Below, piece by piece: positions 35,340-44,743 of a stretch of DNA of 64,000 nucleotides. Below the pieces are notes generated by a model that worked only from the letters and a program-made list of their open reading frames with translations, did not search any database and was not told the DNA's origin. The stretch covers positions 13,389 through 77,388 of the forward strand of contig JBJEJX010000074.1 in the NCBI GenBank assembly GCA_051878345.1, written 5' to 3'. Position numbers and translations under genes: made by a program. Origin of the DNA: Paludibacteraceae bacterium (GTDB lineage: Bacteria; Bacteroidota; Bacteroidia; Bacteroidales; Paludibacteraceae). Every line of letters begins with the position of its first letter. Within the stretch, counting starts at the first letter, position 1.

Positions 35340-36047
35340 TTATTTTCTCAATTTCTGGGCGTAGTTGAGCATACCGGAAAGGTGTTGTTGCATTAGTTCT
35401 GCGGCATCCGAACTCCGACGTTCGCGAATGAGGCGTACTAATTCGCAATGTTGTAGATAAGCGGTTTTGTCTAATGTATCGCACACATTCTCACTATGAA
35501 AGATATCTGTTATTTCGGGTGTGATAATTAGCATCATAGAATTTAGTACCGAGTTGTGTGCCCCACGGGCAATACAGCGGTGCAATTGGAAATCAGTTGC
35601 GTTTATTTCGTTAGGCTGTTGTCTATCGTAAGCCTGCTTGTAGTTTTCCAATGCTTCCTCTATTTCTTGCATCTCTTCAGCGGTATGGCGCTCCGCGCAG
35701 AAACGAGCGGAGTTGACTTCCAATAGCACACGCATCTCTGCCAATGCGGCAAAATCAGGTTTGTGAAGACGGAGCACGTCTGTTAACAATCCGTCTATGG
35801 CGGATATATCCAACCCTACAATCACACTTCCGCTTTGTGGGCGGGTTCTAATAATGCCATAGGTTTCCAATTTACTCAATGCTTCGCGCACATGTATCCT
35901 GCCTACTCCAAACCGTTCCGCCATCTTACGCTCTGCAGGCAACCGCATACCGGGTTGTAACACACCGGACTGCAAATCATCACGAATAGAGCGAATAATC
36001 ATCTCGTCGGGACGCATCGACTCTTCTTCTACCACTATATTATCCAT
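35340..36047 (-). CDS. GntR family transcriptional regulator (FadR-type C-terminal domain)
   Basis: 235 aa. LPAERKMAERFGVGRIHVREALSKLETYGII is a GntR winged helix. Confidence 0.85.
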   Translation of the reverse strand: MDNIVVEEESMRPDEMIIRSIRDDLQSGVLQPGMRLPAERKMAERFGVGRIHVREALSKLETYGIIRTRPQSGSVIVGLDISAIDGLLTDVLRLHKPDFAALAEMRVLLEVNSARFCAERHTAEEMQEIEEALENYKQAYDRQQPNEINATDFQLHRCIARGAHNSVLNSMMLIITPEITDIFHSENVCDTLDKTAYLQHCELVRLIRERRSSDAAELMQQHLSGMLNYAQKLRK

Positions 36048-36299
36048 CTTGCTCTATGTATAACCAACTATTGTCTATTTTTTTTAATGTGCTTTTTAAT
36101 ATCTTTTCTCACTTCGGTCCGCAAAGGTACAAAAAAAAAAGAATATATACAAATTTTTTGGCAATAATGTTAGGAAATAAAATGACGAATATCCCTTGTG
36201 TAGTGTCTGCTGGCAAGTATAATTCTGTGTGCAAAGTTCGTCAAATTTATTGAAAAAGCAAAATTTAAGATGTTTTCAAGTTCAATTTTTCTCTTGCCC

Positions 36300-36640
36300 C
36301 ATTGTTTAACTTTTTCTGCATTGCCATAATTTTCTGTAGCGAGAAATGGTCAAAGTTGGGTGTTTTTGTGATGTACCGTCGTATCTGAGTTTACTGGTAT
36401 TTTCAATATATCCTTTCTACCACGAAGAGTAGGCATCCGCAAAATATACAATCATATCTTTTTTGCCTTTCATGTACAACCCTTCGATAATCAATTGATG
36501 TGCCGCAAACTCACCTCCATTATCCGTAATGGTTGCTTTTACGCTCTGTCTATGCCGCATCAGCTGTCTCAAAACCGCCTTTGCAATGAAACATCGCTCA
36601 TCTGATGAAGAGGCTGGTTGTCCTTTATAATCATTTGTTC
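36300..36640 (-). pseudogene. IS30-family transposase fragment
   Basis: Own translation gives ...ITDNGGEFAAHQLI...VYFADAYSSW*KGYIENTSKL, with an in-frame TAG at 36417-36419 inside the SWQKG..EN.N motif. Only about 110 codons remain, and the ORF track has no entry of 60 aa or more here. Confidence 0.65.
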
Positions 36641-36771
36641 AATACGCCATCACAAGATACCATCTTTACGGTGCTTAAGTAAGACATATATGGTATATAT
36701 ACATTTACGATTGTTACATTTCTCTTTGGTAACATTGAAAACATATTGATTATCTTCTGAAGCAGACCAGG

Positions 36772-36903
36772 TTTCCTTTCCGCTACCCTTGCGCTACCTT
36801 TCCGCTACCCTCGCGCTACCCTTAGGCTGTCTTCCACCGACCCGCGACAGACCCGCGACAGACCCGCGACAGACCCGCGAAAGACCCGCGAAAATCCGCG
36901 GGC
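36772..36903. repeat. CGCTACCYTT 10-mers plus GACCCGCGAYA 11-mers (copy 2 of composite repeat)
   Basis: Direct reading. Matches 16783-16955. Confidence 0.85.
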
Positions 36904-37113
36904 AAGACACCCGCCCCCTCGGTGGTGCCCCGTATGCCGCTTTTGGCAAGGGCACCCTTTGGAAAACCGTTGCTCCTTTGTAGGCAGAAGCCACTGCGAA
37001 ATAATGCGCGACGAAAAGTCCCGCAATCATAGCCGATTGATTATGCAACCTCCAAAGCAACACCCGCCGCACGCAGGGTTATGCGTGCGGCGGGTAATCG
37101 GTACCGCGGAGGG

Positions 37114-38829
37114 TCAGGTGGTGTGCATATCCACAACCACCATTTGTATGGTGGTGGATCCGTTGTAAGTGTTGGGTTCTATGTGGTAGCACATATCCGC
37201 ACTGCCGCCGTTCTGCAGGTGGAGCGCTTTGTCGCCCTGTCCGAAAGCAATGCCCGTGATGGCTGCCGTGCGGTCGGTAATGTCCAGCCGCAGGTGCTCG
37301 CCCGCCTTGCCGACACGGCGCGTGCCGTGATTGTTGATCAAGCCGCGCGTGAGGAAGACGGGACGGGGATTGCCCGGACCGAAAGGTTCCAGACAGGAAA
37401 GGATATTGAAGAACTGCGGAGTGATGTCTTCCAGCGCTATCTCCGCTTCCACACGGACAACGGGCTGCATCTGCTCCGCCGTGATATGGGCGGCTACATA
37501 CTCCTCGAAACGCCTCTTGAACTCCGGCAAGTCGCGCTCTTGCATGCTCAATCCCGCGGCGAACTTATGCCCTCCGAAATTGGTCAGGAGGTCGCGGCAG
37601 GAGTCTATCGCCGAGTATATGTCGAAGGTACTCACCGAACGCGCCGAGCCGGAGATGATACCGTTCTCGCCTGCCGTGAGGACAATGGTGGGACGGTAAT
37701 AGGTTTCGGTCAGGCGCGAGGCGGCTATGCCCACCACACCCTTGTGCCACGCGGGCGAATAGACGACGGTGGTGTGCTTCTGCTCGTTGTCAGGGTCTTG
37801 GCGGAGCATGGCGAGTGCTTCCTCAGTGGTGCGGGTATCGTAGTCCTTGCGCTCGGTATTGTAGGTGTTGACCTCCTCGGCACGGCAGCGGGCGAAAGCC
37901 TCATCATCGGTTATCAGCAGTTCCACCGCCGCCTTGCCCGAATGGATTCTGCCGCAAGCGTTGATACGGGGACCTATTTTGAATACAAGATCGGAGATAT
38001 TGATTCCCTTTTCGCCTATGCCTGCCACCTGCATGATGGCGCGGATACCCACCGAAGGGTGAGCGTTCATCTGCCGCAAACCGTAGAAAGCGAGTACGCG
38101 GTTCTCGCCCGTAACGGGCACTATATCCGAGGCAATCGCCATGGCGGTCAGCGGCAGGAGCGGGTAAATCTCCTCCATGGCTATCCCTGCCCGCAGGGCA
38201 TACGCCTGCACCAACTTGAATCCCACGCCGCAACCGCTCAACTCCTTGAAAGGATAGCCGCAGTCGGCGCGCTTCATGTTGAGCACCGCCACCGCGCGGG
38301 GCAACTCATCACCGGGAGTATGGTGGTCGCAGACAATGAAGTCGATATGGCGTTCGGCGGCATAATCCACCTTGTCCACCGCCTTAATGCCGCAGTCGAG
38401 CGCGACAATCAGTGTGCAACCCTCCGCCTCGGCGGTGTCGATACCCTGAAAAGAGATACCGTAACCCTCTTTGTAGCGGTCGGGAATGTAGTAAATGAGG
38501 TTGTCGGTCTGCGTGCGCAGGAAGGTGTACATCAGCGCCACGGCGGTGGTACCGTCCACATCATAATCACCATAGACCATGATACGCTCGCGCTTCGCTA
38601 TCGCGCGCCGCAGGCGCTCCACCGCCTGCTCCATATCCTGCATAAGGAAAGGGTCGTGCAACGCTTTGAGCGAGGGGCGTACAAACGCCCGCGCCTCATC
38701 GCCTGTGGTTATGCCGCGCGCCGCCAACAGACGCGCCGACGCCTCGCTGATACGCAGTTCGCGGGTCAACAGCCTGCAGGCGGCGTTCTGTTGGTCGCTG
38801 AGGGAGGATATTTGCCAATGTGCAGTCAT
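37114..38829 (-). CDS. recJ: Single-stranded-DNA-specific exonuclease RecJ
   Basis: Start moved to ATG 38829 (MTAHWQISS). DHH motifs are present (YGDYDVDGTT, DCG, DHH in VCDHHTP) along with the DHHA1 motif GGH. Confidence 0.9.
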   Translation of the reverse strand: MTAHWQISSLSDQQNAACRLLTRELRISEASARLLAARGITTGDEARAFVRPSLKALHDPFLMQDMEQAVERLRRAIAKRERIMVYGDYDVDGTTAVALMYTFLRTQTDNLIYYIPDRYKEGYGISFQGIDTAEAEGCTLIVALDCGIKAVDKVDYAAERHIDFIVCDHHTPGDELPRAVAVLNMKRADCGYPFKELSGCGVGFKLVQAYALRAGIAMEEIYPLLPLTAMAIASDIVPVTGENRVLAFYGLRQMNAHPSVGIRAIMQVAGIGEKGINISDLVFKIGPRINACGRIHSGKAAVELLITDDEAFARCRAEEVNTYNTERKDYDTRTTEEALAMLRQDPDNEQKHTTVVYSPAWHKGVVGIAASRLTETYYRPTIVLTAGENGIISGSARSVSTFDIYSAIDSCRDLLTNFGGHKFAAGLSMQERDLPEFKRRFEEYVAAHITAEQMQPVVRVEAEIALEDITPQFFNILSCLEPFGPGNPRPVFLTRGLINNHGTRRVGKAGEHLRLDITDRTAAITGIAFGQGDKALHLQNGGSADMCYHIEPNTYNGSTTIQMVVVDMHTT

Positions 38830-38831
38830 AT

Positions 38832-38930
38832 AAGGAGCAAGGAGCAAAGAACAGGGAACAAAGACCGATTGGTTTCTCATACCGTCCGCTTTGTAATGAC
38901 TCTCGGTTCTTGGCTCACGGTTCTCGGTTC
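38832..38930. repeat. Low-complexity inverted arms (GGAGCAAAGAAC / GGTTCTTGGCTC family)
   Basis: Direct reading. Related to 63555-63663. Confidence 0.65.
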
Positions 38931-38933
38931 ATT

Positions 38934-39728
38934 TTAGGGTCTTTTATCGGTGAAGCCAAACTCGTCTGCGTCTTTCCAAAGCGGGAGTATGTCTCGGAAA
39001 TGCCATAGTTTCTGCATGTCGAAATCCGCTATCTGCGTCCCCGATTCATCGTCGGCGAAGTGCACAACGGGTTGCAGACGCGTGTCGTAGGCAACGGAGT
39101 GCCCGTTGTAGTGCAACCCCATCCCGTCATCTCCCACGGGGTTCACCGCGGCTATATAACACTGATTCTCTATCGCACGCGCGGGCACCAGCACGTCCCA
39201 GTATTGTATTCGTATGGACGGCCAGTTAGCCATCACCAACAGAATGTCGTACTCGTTGTCCCGTCGGCTCCGTGTCCAGACGGGGAAACGCAGGTCATAG
39301 CATACCAAGAGGCGGAACCGCGCTCCGCGGTAGGTGATTACCCTGTCGTCTTTCTCCAACGCTCCCGCCGTGAAGAACTCCGCCTCGCCGCCGTGGGCGT
39401 AGAGGTGGCGCTTGTCCACGAATATGGGCGACTCCGTCGGACGAAGGAAGAACGCGCGGTTATAGAGCCGCCCGCCGTCCTCACAGATGAACGAACCCGC
39501 GACAGCCAAATGGTAACGGTCGGCGCAGCGTTGCAGGCGCCGTATCGTCTCGCCGCGGACGCTCTCCGCCAAGTCGGGGCGGTCGGTGCAGAAACCCGTG
39601 CTGAACATCTCAGGCAGCAAGGCTACATCGGCGTTTCCTGCCAATGTAGCCAAGCGTTCTTCTGTCAAGAGCAGATTGGTCTCTTTGTCTGCCCAAGCAA
39701 TAGGGTATTGCAGTAGTGCTACTTTCAT
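38934..39728 (-). CDS. Carbon-nitrogen hydrolase family amidohydrolase
   Basis: Start at ATG 39728 (MKVALLQYPIAW). E-K-C triad context: PEMFSTGF, DKRHL and LVCYDLRFP. Confidence 0.8.
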   Translation of the reverse strand: MKVALLQYPIAWADKETNLLLTEERLATLAGNADVALLPEMFSTGFCTDRPDLAESVRGETIRRLQRCADRYHLAVAGSFICEDGGRLYNRAFFLRPTESPIFVDKRHLYAHGGEAEFFTAGALEKDDRVITYRGARFRLLVCYDLRFPVWTRSRRDNEYDILLVMANWPSIRIQYWDVLVPARAIENQCYIAAVNPVGDDGMGLHYNGHSVAYDTRLQPVVHFADDESGTQIADFDMQKLWHFRDILPLWKDADEFGFTDKRP

Positions 39729-39826
39729 ACGACTATGAACCATGAATGTCTGAACTACGGGCGCATTGGGACGGAGCACCGACGCCTATGCCCCTCATTC
39801 TCCATTCATAATTCCGAATTAGAGCA

Positions 39827-40792
39827 TCACTTTGCAGCGGGTTTGGCGATGGTCTCGCGCATAGCGGTGTCGGCTTGGATGTTCTGCATACGGTAGTAGT
39901 CCATGATGCCGAGGTTGCCGTTGCGGAACGCCTCCGCCATCGCTTGGGGCACGAGAGCCTCCGCTTCTATCACGCGGGCACGCGCCTCCTGCGCTTTGGC
40001 TTTCATCTCCTGCTCGCTGGCGATAGCCATTGCACGACGCTCCTCGGCTTTGGCTTGGGCGATGTTCTTGTCTGCCTGCGCTTGATCCATCTGCAACTGT
40101 GCACCGATGTTCTTGCCTACATCGATATCCGCAATATCAATACTCAGTATCTCGAATGCCGTACCCTCGTCCAAGCCCTTGCTCAGCACCAGTTTGGAGA
40201 TACTATCGGGATTTTCCAGCACTTGCTTGTGGCTCTCTGCCGAACCAATCGAACTGACGATACCTTCGCCTACGCGCGCCAGGACGGTGTCCTCACCGGC
40301 ACCACCCACCAACTGACGGATGTTCGCACGCACCGTTACGCGTGCCTTCGCAATCAACTGAATACCGTCTTTCGCCACTGCGGTTACGGGCGGAGTGTCA
40401 ATCACCTTCGGGTTCACCGACATCTGCACCGCCTCAAACACGTCGCGTCCCGCCAAGTCGATAGCCGTAGCCATCTGGAAGGGCAACTCCATGCTCGCTT
40501 TGTTGGCGGACACCAGCGCATGCACCACGCGCTCTATATGCCCTCCGGCGAGGTAATGCGCCTCCAAACCGTCGCGCTTCACGTCCTGTAACCCCGCTTT
40601 GTGCGCCTCAATGAGGCAGTTCACAATCTTCGTGGGCGGCACCTTACGAATGCGCATCAGGAACAACTGCACCAAAGAGATGCGTACACCGCTCACCTGT
40701 GCGTTTATCCACAACATAAACGGCACATAGTAGAAAAAGATAATCAAAAAGATGCCGAGAATAACCAGCAAAACAATTGTTAAGATATCCAT
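39827..40792 (-). CDS. floA: Flotillin-like protein FloA (UPF0365 family)
   Basis: 321 aa with an N-terminal TM helix and an SPFH-like body. The pattern [29 protein letters not shown] is typical of the family. Confidence 0.85.
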   Translation of the reverse strand: MDILTIVLLVILGIFLIIFFYYVPFMLWINAQVSGVRISLVQLFLMRIRKVPPTKIVNCLIEAHKAGLQDVKRDGLEAHYLAGGHIERVVHALVSANKASMELPFQMATAIDLAGRDVFEAVQMSVNPKVIDTPPVTAVAKDGIQLIAKARVTVRANIRQLVGGAGEDTVLARVGEGIVSSIGSAESHKQVLENPDSISKLVLSKGLDEGTAFEILSIDIADIDVGKNIGAQLQMDQAQADKNIAQAKAEERRAMAIASEQEMKAKAQEARARVIEAEALVPQAMAEAFRNGNLGIMDYYRMQNIQADTAMRETIAKPAAK

Positions 40793-40937
40793 AATTATTT
40801 AGAAATTAGTTTGTTATTTCATGTCAAGCACTGCGTGTTAGGCCTTTCATGTTAAATGCGAAACGCCAACAGGAACAGACCAACACGGAGTGACTAACAG
40901 GCACCGATTAACACAGGTGTCAAACGGGAACTCCGTC

Positions 40938-41294
40938 TTACTCCTCCATCTCCTTGGCGGCTTTCTCCAAGTTCTTGATTTTCTTCCCCGGTTTCGCAAG
41001 GGGCACCTGAGCGTCTATCTTCGTGTCAAGCCCCATCTTCTCCAAGGCTCTGCTTTTCACGAACCAGAATATAGCGAGCGCAGCCAGGAGCAAAGAGGCT
41101 CCGAGGGTGATATGTCCCGCCAGCGAACTGATAAGGCTGTACGCCACCCAGACCGCGCCGCCAAGACAAGCAAACCCGGCTATGCCCCCTATGCCGAACC
41201 CCGGCAACAGAAACATCTCCACCAATAGCAGTCCTACACCTGCCAATACCAGTATAACAACCAATGCGATATACATAATAAAATCCCCTTTCAA
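40938..41294 (-). CDS. Small membrane protein upstream of floA (NfeD-like TM region only)
   Basis: 118-aa ORF with two or three TM helices and a charged tail. No OB-fold-like C-terminus is evident. The start may be ATG 41276. Confidence 0.5.
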   Translation of the reverse strand: MKGDFIMYIALVVILVLAGVGLLLVEMFLLPGFGIGGIAGFACLGGAVWVAYSLISSLAGHITLGASLLLAALAIFWFVKSRALEKMGLDTKIDAQVPLAKPGKKIKNLEKAAKEMEE

Positions 41295-41375
41295 CTCCCC
41301 TCAGGGGAGGGCTTTTTAGTTAAACAGTAACAGTATTCATCAACTCCCTTCCTTTGCAGAGAGGGACGGGATGGG
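41295..41375. repeat. GGGAGGG-type palindromes (ctcccctcaggggaggg; ctcccttcctttgcagagagggacggg)
   Basis: Direct reading. Fills the entire spacer between two genes. Confidence 0.8.
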
Positions 41376-42059
41376 TCAAAATTGCTTCACCACTTCCGGC
41401 ACGCCTTCGGAGGCTTTCTTGCGGATGTGCGTTACGCGGTCGCGGTAGATACCGAACTCCGGCATGCCGGGGTCTATCACGTATATGGGTGCCTGCCTCG
41501 GCACATACTCCAAGAGCGAAGCCGCAGGATAGACGTTCAGGCTCGTCCCGACAACTATCATCACCTCCGCCTGCGACGCTATCTCACACGCCCGCGGGAA
41601 GTTGGGCACTCCCTCGCCAAAGAACACGATATAGGGGCGCAGCAGACTGCCGTCGGGATGCCTGCCGCCGTAGTGTTGCTCCCAGCCCTGCAAGTCCACC
41701 GTAGCGGTCTCGTCAATGTCCGACCTGAGTTTCCGTATCTCGCCGTGCAGGTGCAGCACATCATGCGCGCCGGCACGCTCGTGCAGGTCGTCAATGTTCT
41801 GCGTGATGATTTGCGTCTCGGGGTATCTCGCCTGCAATTCGGCTATCGCCATGTGGGCGGCATTCGGCTGTGCGGCTAAGGTATCGCGGCGACGGGCGTT
41901 GTAGAAATCCACGCACAACTGCGGGTTGCGCAGCCATGCCTCGTGCGTGCACACATCCTCCACGCGGTACCGCTCCCACAGTCCGTCCGCATCGCGGAAC
42001 GTGCCCAAGCCGCTCTCTGCGCTCACTCCCGCACCCGTAAACACTACTATTCGTTTCAT
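41376..42059 (-). CDS. cobB: NAD-dependent protein deacylase (sirtuin, CobB type)
   Basis: 227 aa with GAGVSAESGLGTFR, QNIDDLHERAG and HG. Confidence 0.9.
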   Translation of the reverse strand: MKRIVVFTGAGVSAESGLGTFRDADGLWERYRVEDVCTHEAWLRNPQLCVDFYNARRRDTLAAQPNAAHMAIAELQARYPETQIITQNIDDLHERAGAHDVLHLHGEIRKLRSDIDETATVDLQGWEQHYGGRHPDGSLLRPYIVFFGEGVPNFPRACEIASQAEVMIVVGTSLNVYPAASLLEYVPRQAPIYVIDPGMPEFGIYRDRVTHIRKKASEGVPEVVKQF

Positions 42060-42284
42060 ATTCCCATGCGCTCAGTTTGCGCCGCAAAGGTAGTACTTTT
42101 TTTTTACATACACAAATCTTTCCGCAAAAAAAGTAAAAATCCTTGTCTCACTCTTCCGTCTGCCGCCATCGCCGTCCCAAGACTATGCCGGGACTTTATC
42201 AAGATCGGATGATGCCATGCGTTGACTACCCGCACGAACCAACCATGGGAAGAGACAGCGCAAAGGAAGCACACACCCCTTGCT

Positions 42285-42352
42285 ATCCTACGTATATCCT
42301 ACGTATATCCTACGTGTATCTTACGTATATCCTGCGTGTTAGTATGCGTAGG
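42285..42352. repeat. TACGTATATCC 11-bp tandem repeat (about 5 units)
   Basis: Direct reading. Confidence 0.8.
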
Positions 42353-42517
42353 GACTGTGTGTTCAAACGGATTACGGTATTCGTCGAAACAAGCAAATTC
42401 AGTACTCCAAGCCGTCTTTGACCCATGACTTTCGTTGCCGATTCGTAGCGCCCTTTTTACTTTTTTAAGAAACAATAGCCCGTAAATTGCCTAAAACACC
42501 TAAAAAATGCAGAAAAA

Positions 42518-42549
42518 TTTGCATATTCCAAAAAAATATGGTACTTTTG
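42518..42549 (+). promoter_or_regulatory. Promoter (-33 TTTG, -7 TACTTTTG)
   Basis: TTTG at 42518-42521 and TACTTTTG at 42542-42549. ATG follows at 42574. Confidence 0.65.
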
Positions 42550-42573
42550 CACCCGCATTTTAATAAAACATCT

Positions 42574-43704
42574 ATGGCTATAGAAATCCGCGAAGTCAAC
42601 ACCAAGCGCCAACTTCGGCAGTTCATCGAGTTTGCCAACGACCTTTACAAGGATTGTCCCCACTATTGTCCGCCGCTATTCTTCGATGAGATGAATACCT
42701 TTGACGACGAGAAGAATCCCGCACTGCAAGTATGTGAGAAACAGTTGTTTATGGCATTCCGAGACGACAAGCCCGTGGGGCGTATCGCCGCTATCATCAA
42801 CCGCAAAGCCAACGAGAAATGGCAGCACGAGCACGTGCGCTTTGGCTGGATGGACTTCATAGATGATTTGGAGGTGAGCCGTGCACTGCTGGACAAAGTG
42901 GCGGAATGGGGACGTGAGCGAGGCATGAAGCAGATAAACGGTCCTGTCGGCTTTACCGATTTCGACCATGAGGGTCTCCTTATAGAAGGCTACGACTACC
43001 TCGCACCGATGGCGTCGCTCTACAACTTCCCTTACTATGTGCGCCACATGGATGCCTACGGGTTAGTGAAAGAGGCGGACTGGATAGAGTTTCAGGTGTT
43101 CCCTCCCAAAGAGGTGCCCGAGCGTCTGCAACGGATTGCCAACATCGTTATGGAGCGCACGCACGTGCGCGTGGACAAGGTGCAGAGCACCAAAGAGTTG
43201 ACAGAGAAATACGGCATCGAGTACATGGACGTGATAGACGCCGCCTACCAGAAACTCTACAACTTCCAGCCCATGACCAAGAAGCAGAAAGAGTACTACC
43301 GCGACATGTACTTCCCTGCTATCAACTTCGATTTCGTAACGCTGGTGGTGAACGACAAGGATGAGATAGTGGGTGTGGGCGTAGGTATGCCCGACATCTC
43401 CAAAGCGCTGCGCAAGTGCGGCGGACATCTCTTCCCGACAGGATGGTATCATGTGCTCAAAGCGCTGAAGACAAAGCACATAGAAGTGTTCGACCTTCTG
43501 CTGATAGCCGTCCGCCCCGACTACCAGGACAAGGGTATCAACGCCCTTTTCTTCGTGGATCAGATACCGTATATGAACAAATACGGCGTGAAGTACGCAG
43601 AGACCACTTCTATTCTGGAAACCAACTGGAAGAACCAAGCCAACTGGACACAGTTTGAGCACAAGCAACACAAACGCCGTCGCGCATATATCAAAGATAT
43701 CTGA
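42574..43704 (+). CDS. GNAT-like N-acetyltransferase family protein
   Basis: Start moved to ATG 42574 (MAIEIREVNTKRQLRQFIEF). The pattern is recalled from conserved Bacteroidota proteins annotated as GNAT and was not verified. Confidence 0.55.
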   Translation: MAIEIREVNTKRQLRQFIEFANDLYKDCPHYCPPLFFDEMNTFDDEKNPALQVCEKQLFMAFRDDKPVGRIAAIINRKANEKWQHEHVRFGWMDFIDDLEVSRALLDKVAEWGRERGMKQINGPVGFTDFDHEGLLIEGYDYLAPMASLYNFPYYVRHMDAYGLVKEADWIEFQVFPPKEVPERLQRIANIVMERTHVRVDKVQSTKELTEKYGIEYMDVIDAAYQKLYNFQPMTKKQKEYYRDMYFPAINFDFVTLVVNDKDEIVGVGVGMPDISKALRKCGGHLFPTGWYHVLKALKTKHIEVFDLLLIAVRPDYQDKGINALFFVDQIPYMNKYGVKYAETTSILETNWKNQANWTQFEHKQHKRRRAYIKDI

Positions 43705-43779
43705 TTGGCACGCTTTTTGTAGCAACAACACGCGGGCAACCCCGCCTGCCAAACACCAAACACTAAACTTTCAACTGAC

Positions 43780-44475
43780 ATGGAAACAGCCATTAACCCA
43801 AATACTATCTATTGGATACTATTCATCGGGATAGCATTGTTGTCGTGGATAGTGTCCGCGACGCTGAATAGCAAGTTCAAACGATATTCCAAGGTACCTA
43901 TCGCCCTCACGGGCAAGCAGGTGGCAGAGAAGATGCTGCGCGACCACGGGCTGACGGATGTGCAGGTAACATGTATCCCCGGACGCTTGACCGACCACTA
44001 CAACCCCACGGACAAGACTGTCAACCTGTCAGAGTCGGTATATAACAACGCCTCCGTGGCAGCCGCAGCCGTAGCCGCCCACGAGTGCGGACATGCCGTG
44101 CAACACGCCACCGCCTATGCACCTTTGCGGATGCGGTCGGCACTTGTGCCTGCGGTGAGTTTTGCGAACAAATGGGTGATGTGGGTACTGCTCGCAGGTA
44201 TGGTCTTGATAAACGTCTTCCCCGGGCTGATGATTATCGGTATCTGCCTCTTTGCGCTCACCACGCTTTTCTCGTTCATCACACTCCCCGTGGAGATTAA
44301 CGCGAGCCAGCGGGCTGTCAACTGGTTGCAGGAAGCAGGTATCACCGACCGTGAGACCACCCCTCTCGCCACCAGCGCTCTGCGATCGGCTGCTTACACC
44401 TATGTGGTAGCCGCCCTCTCTTCCCTTGCCACATTGATATACTATATCCTGATAGCTGTAGGCAAGAAAAATTAA
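43780..44475 (+). CDS. Putative neutral zinc metallopeptidase (membrane, Zn_peptidase_2-like)
   Basis: 231 aa with HECGHAVQH and flanking TM helices. Confidence 0.8.
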   Translation: METAINPNTIYWILFIGIALLSWIVSATLNSKFKRYSKVPIALTGKQVAEKMLRDHGLTDVQVTCIPGRLTDHYNPTDKTVNLSESVYNNASVAAAAVAAHECGHAVQHATAYAPLRMRSALVPAVSFANKWVMWVLLAGMVLINVFPGLMIIGICLFALTTLFSFITLPVEINASQRAVNWLQEAGITDRETTPLATSALRSAAYTYVVAALSSLATLIYYILIAVGKKN

Positions 44476-44600
44476 CTTGTGTTCTAACATGTACTGATAC
44501 AAAACCAAATTGGCAAAATATGTTTTGCCAGTTTGAGAGGAGGAGTCGCGAAGCATAAAACGGGGACAGCCCGTTTCTGCCGCGAAGCGCACTCCGACGA

Positions 44601-44674
44601 GGCTCCGTAGCTTAGTTGAATAGAGCGTCAGATTCCGGTTCTGAAGGTCCTGGGTTTGAGTCCCAGCGGGGTCA
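44601..44674 (+). tRNA. tRNA-Arg (anticodon CCG)
   Basis: Hand-folded cloverleaf. Acceptor GGCTCCG/CGGGGTC (two G-U pairs), D arm GCTT-AGTTGAATA-GAGC, anticodon arm TCAGA-TTCCGGT-TCTGA, T arm CTGGG-TTTGAGT-CCCAG. Total 74 nt. Confidence 0.8.
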
Positions 44675-44680
44675 CATAGA

Positions 44681-44730
44681 AAAAGACAGCACAAAAGTGG
44701 TTCTATCCGCTATTTGTGCTGTCTTTTTTT
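44681..44730. terminator. Bidirectional terminator between tRNA-Arg and mrdA
   Basis: aaaagacagcacaaa / tttgtgctgtctttt stem with an A-run and a T-run. Confidence 0.75.
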
Positions 44731-44743
44731 ATGCCATTCTTCT

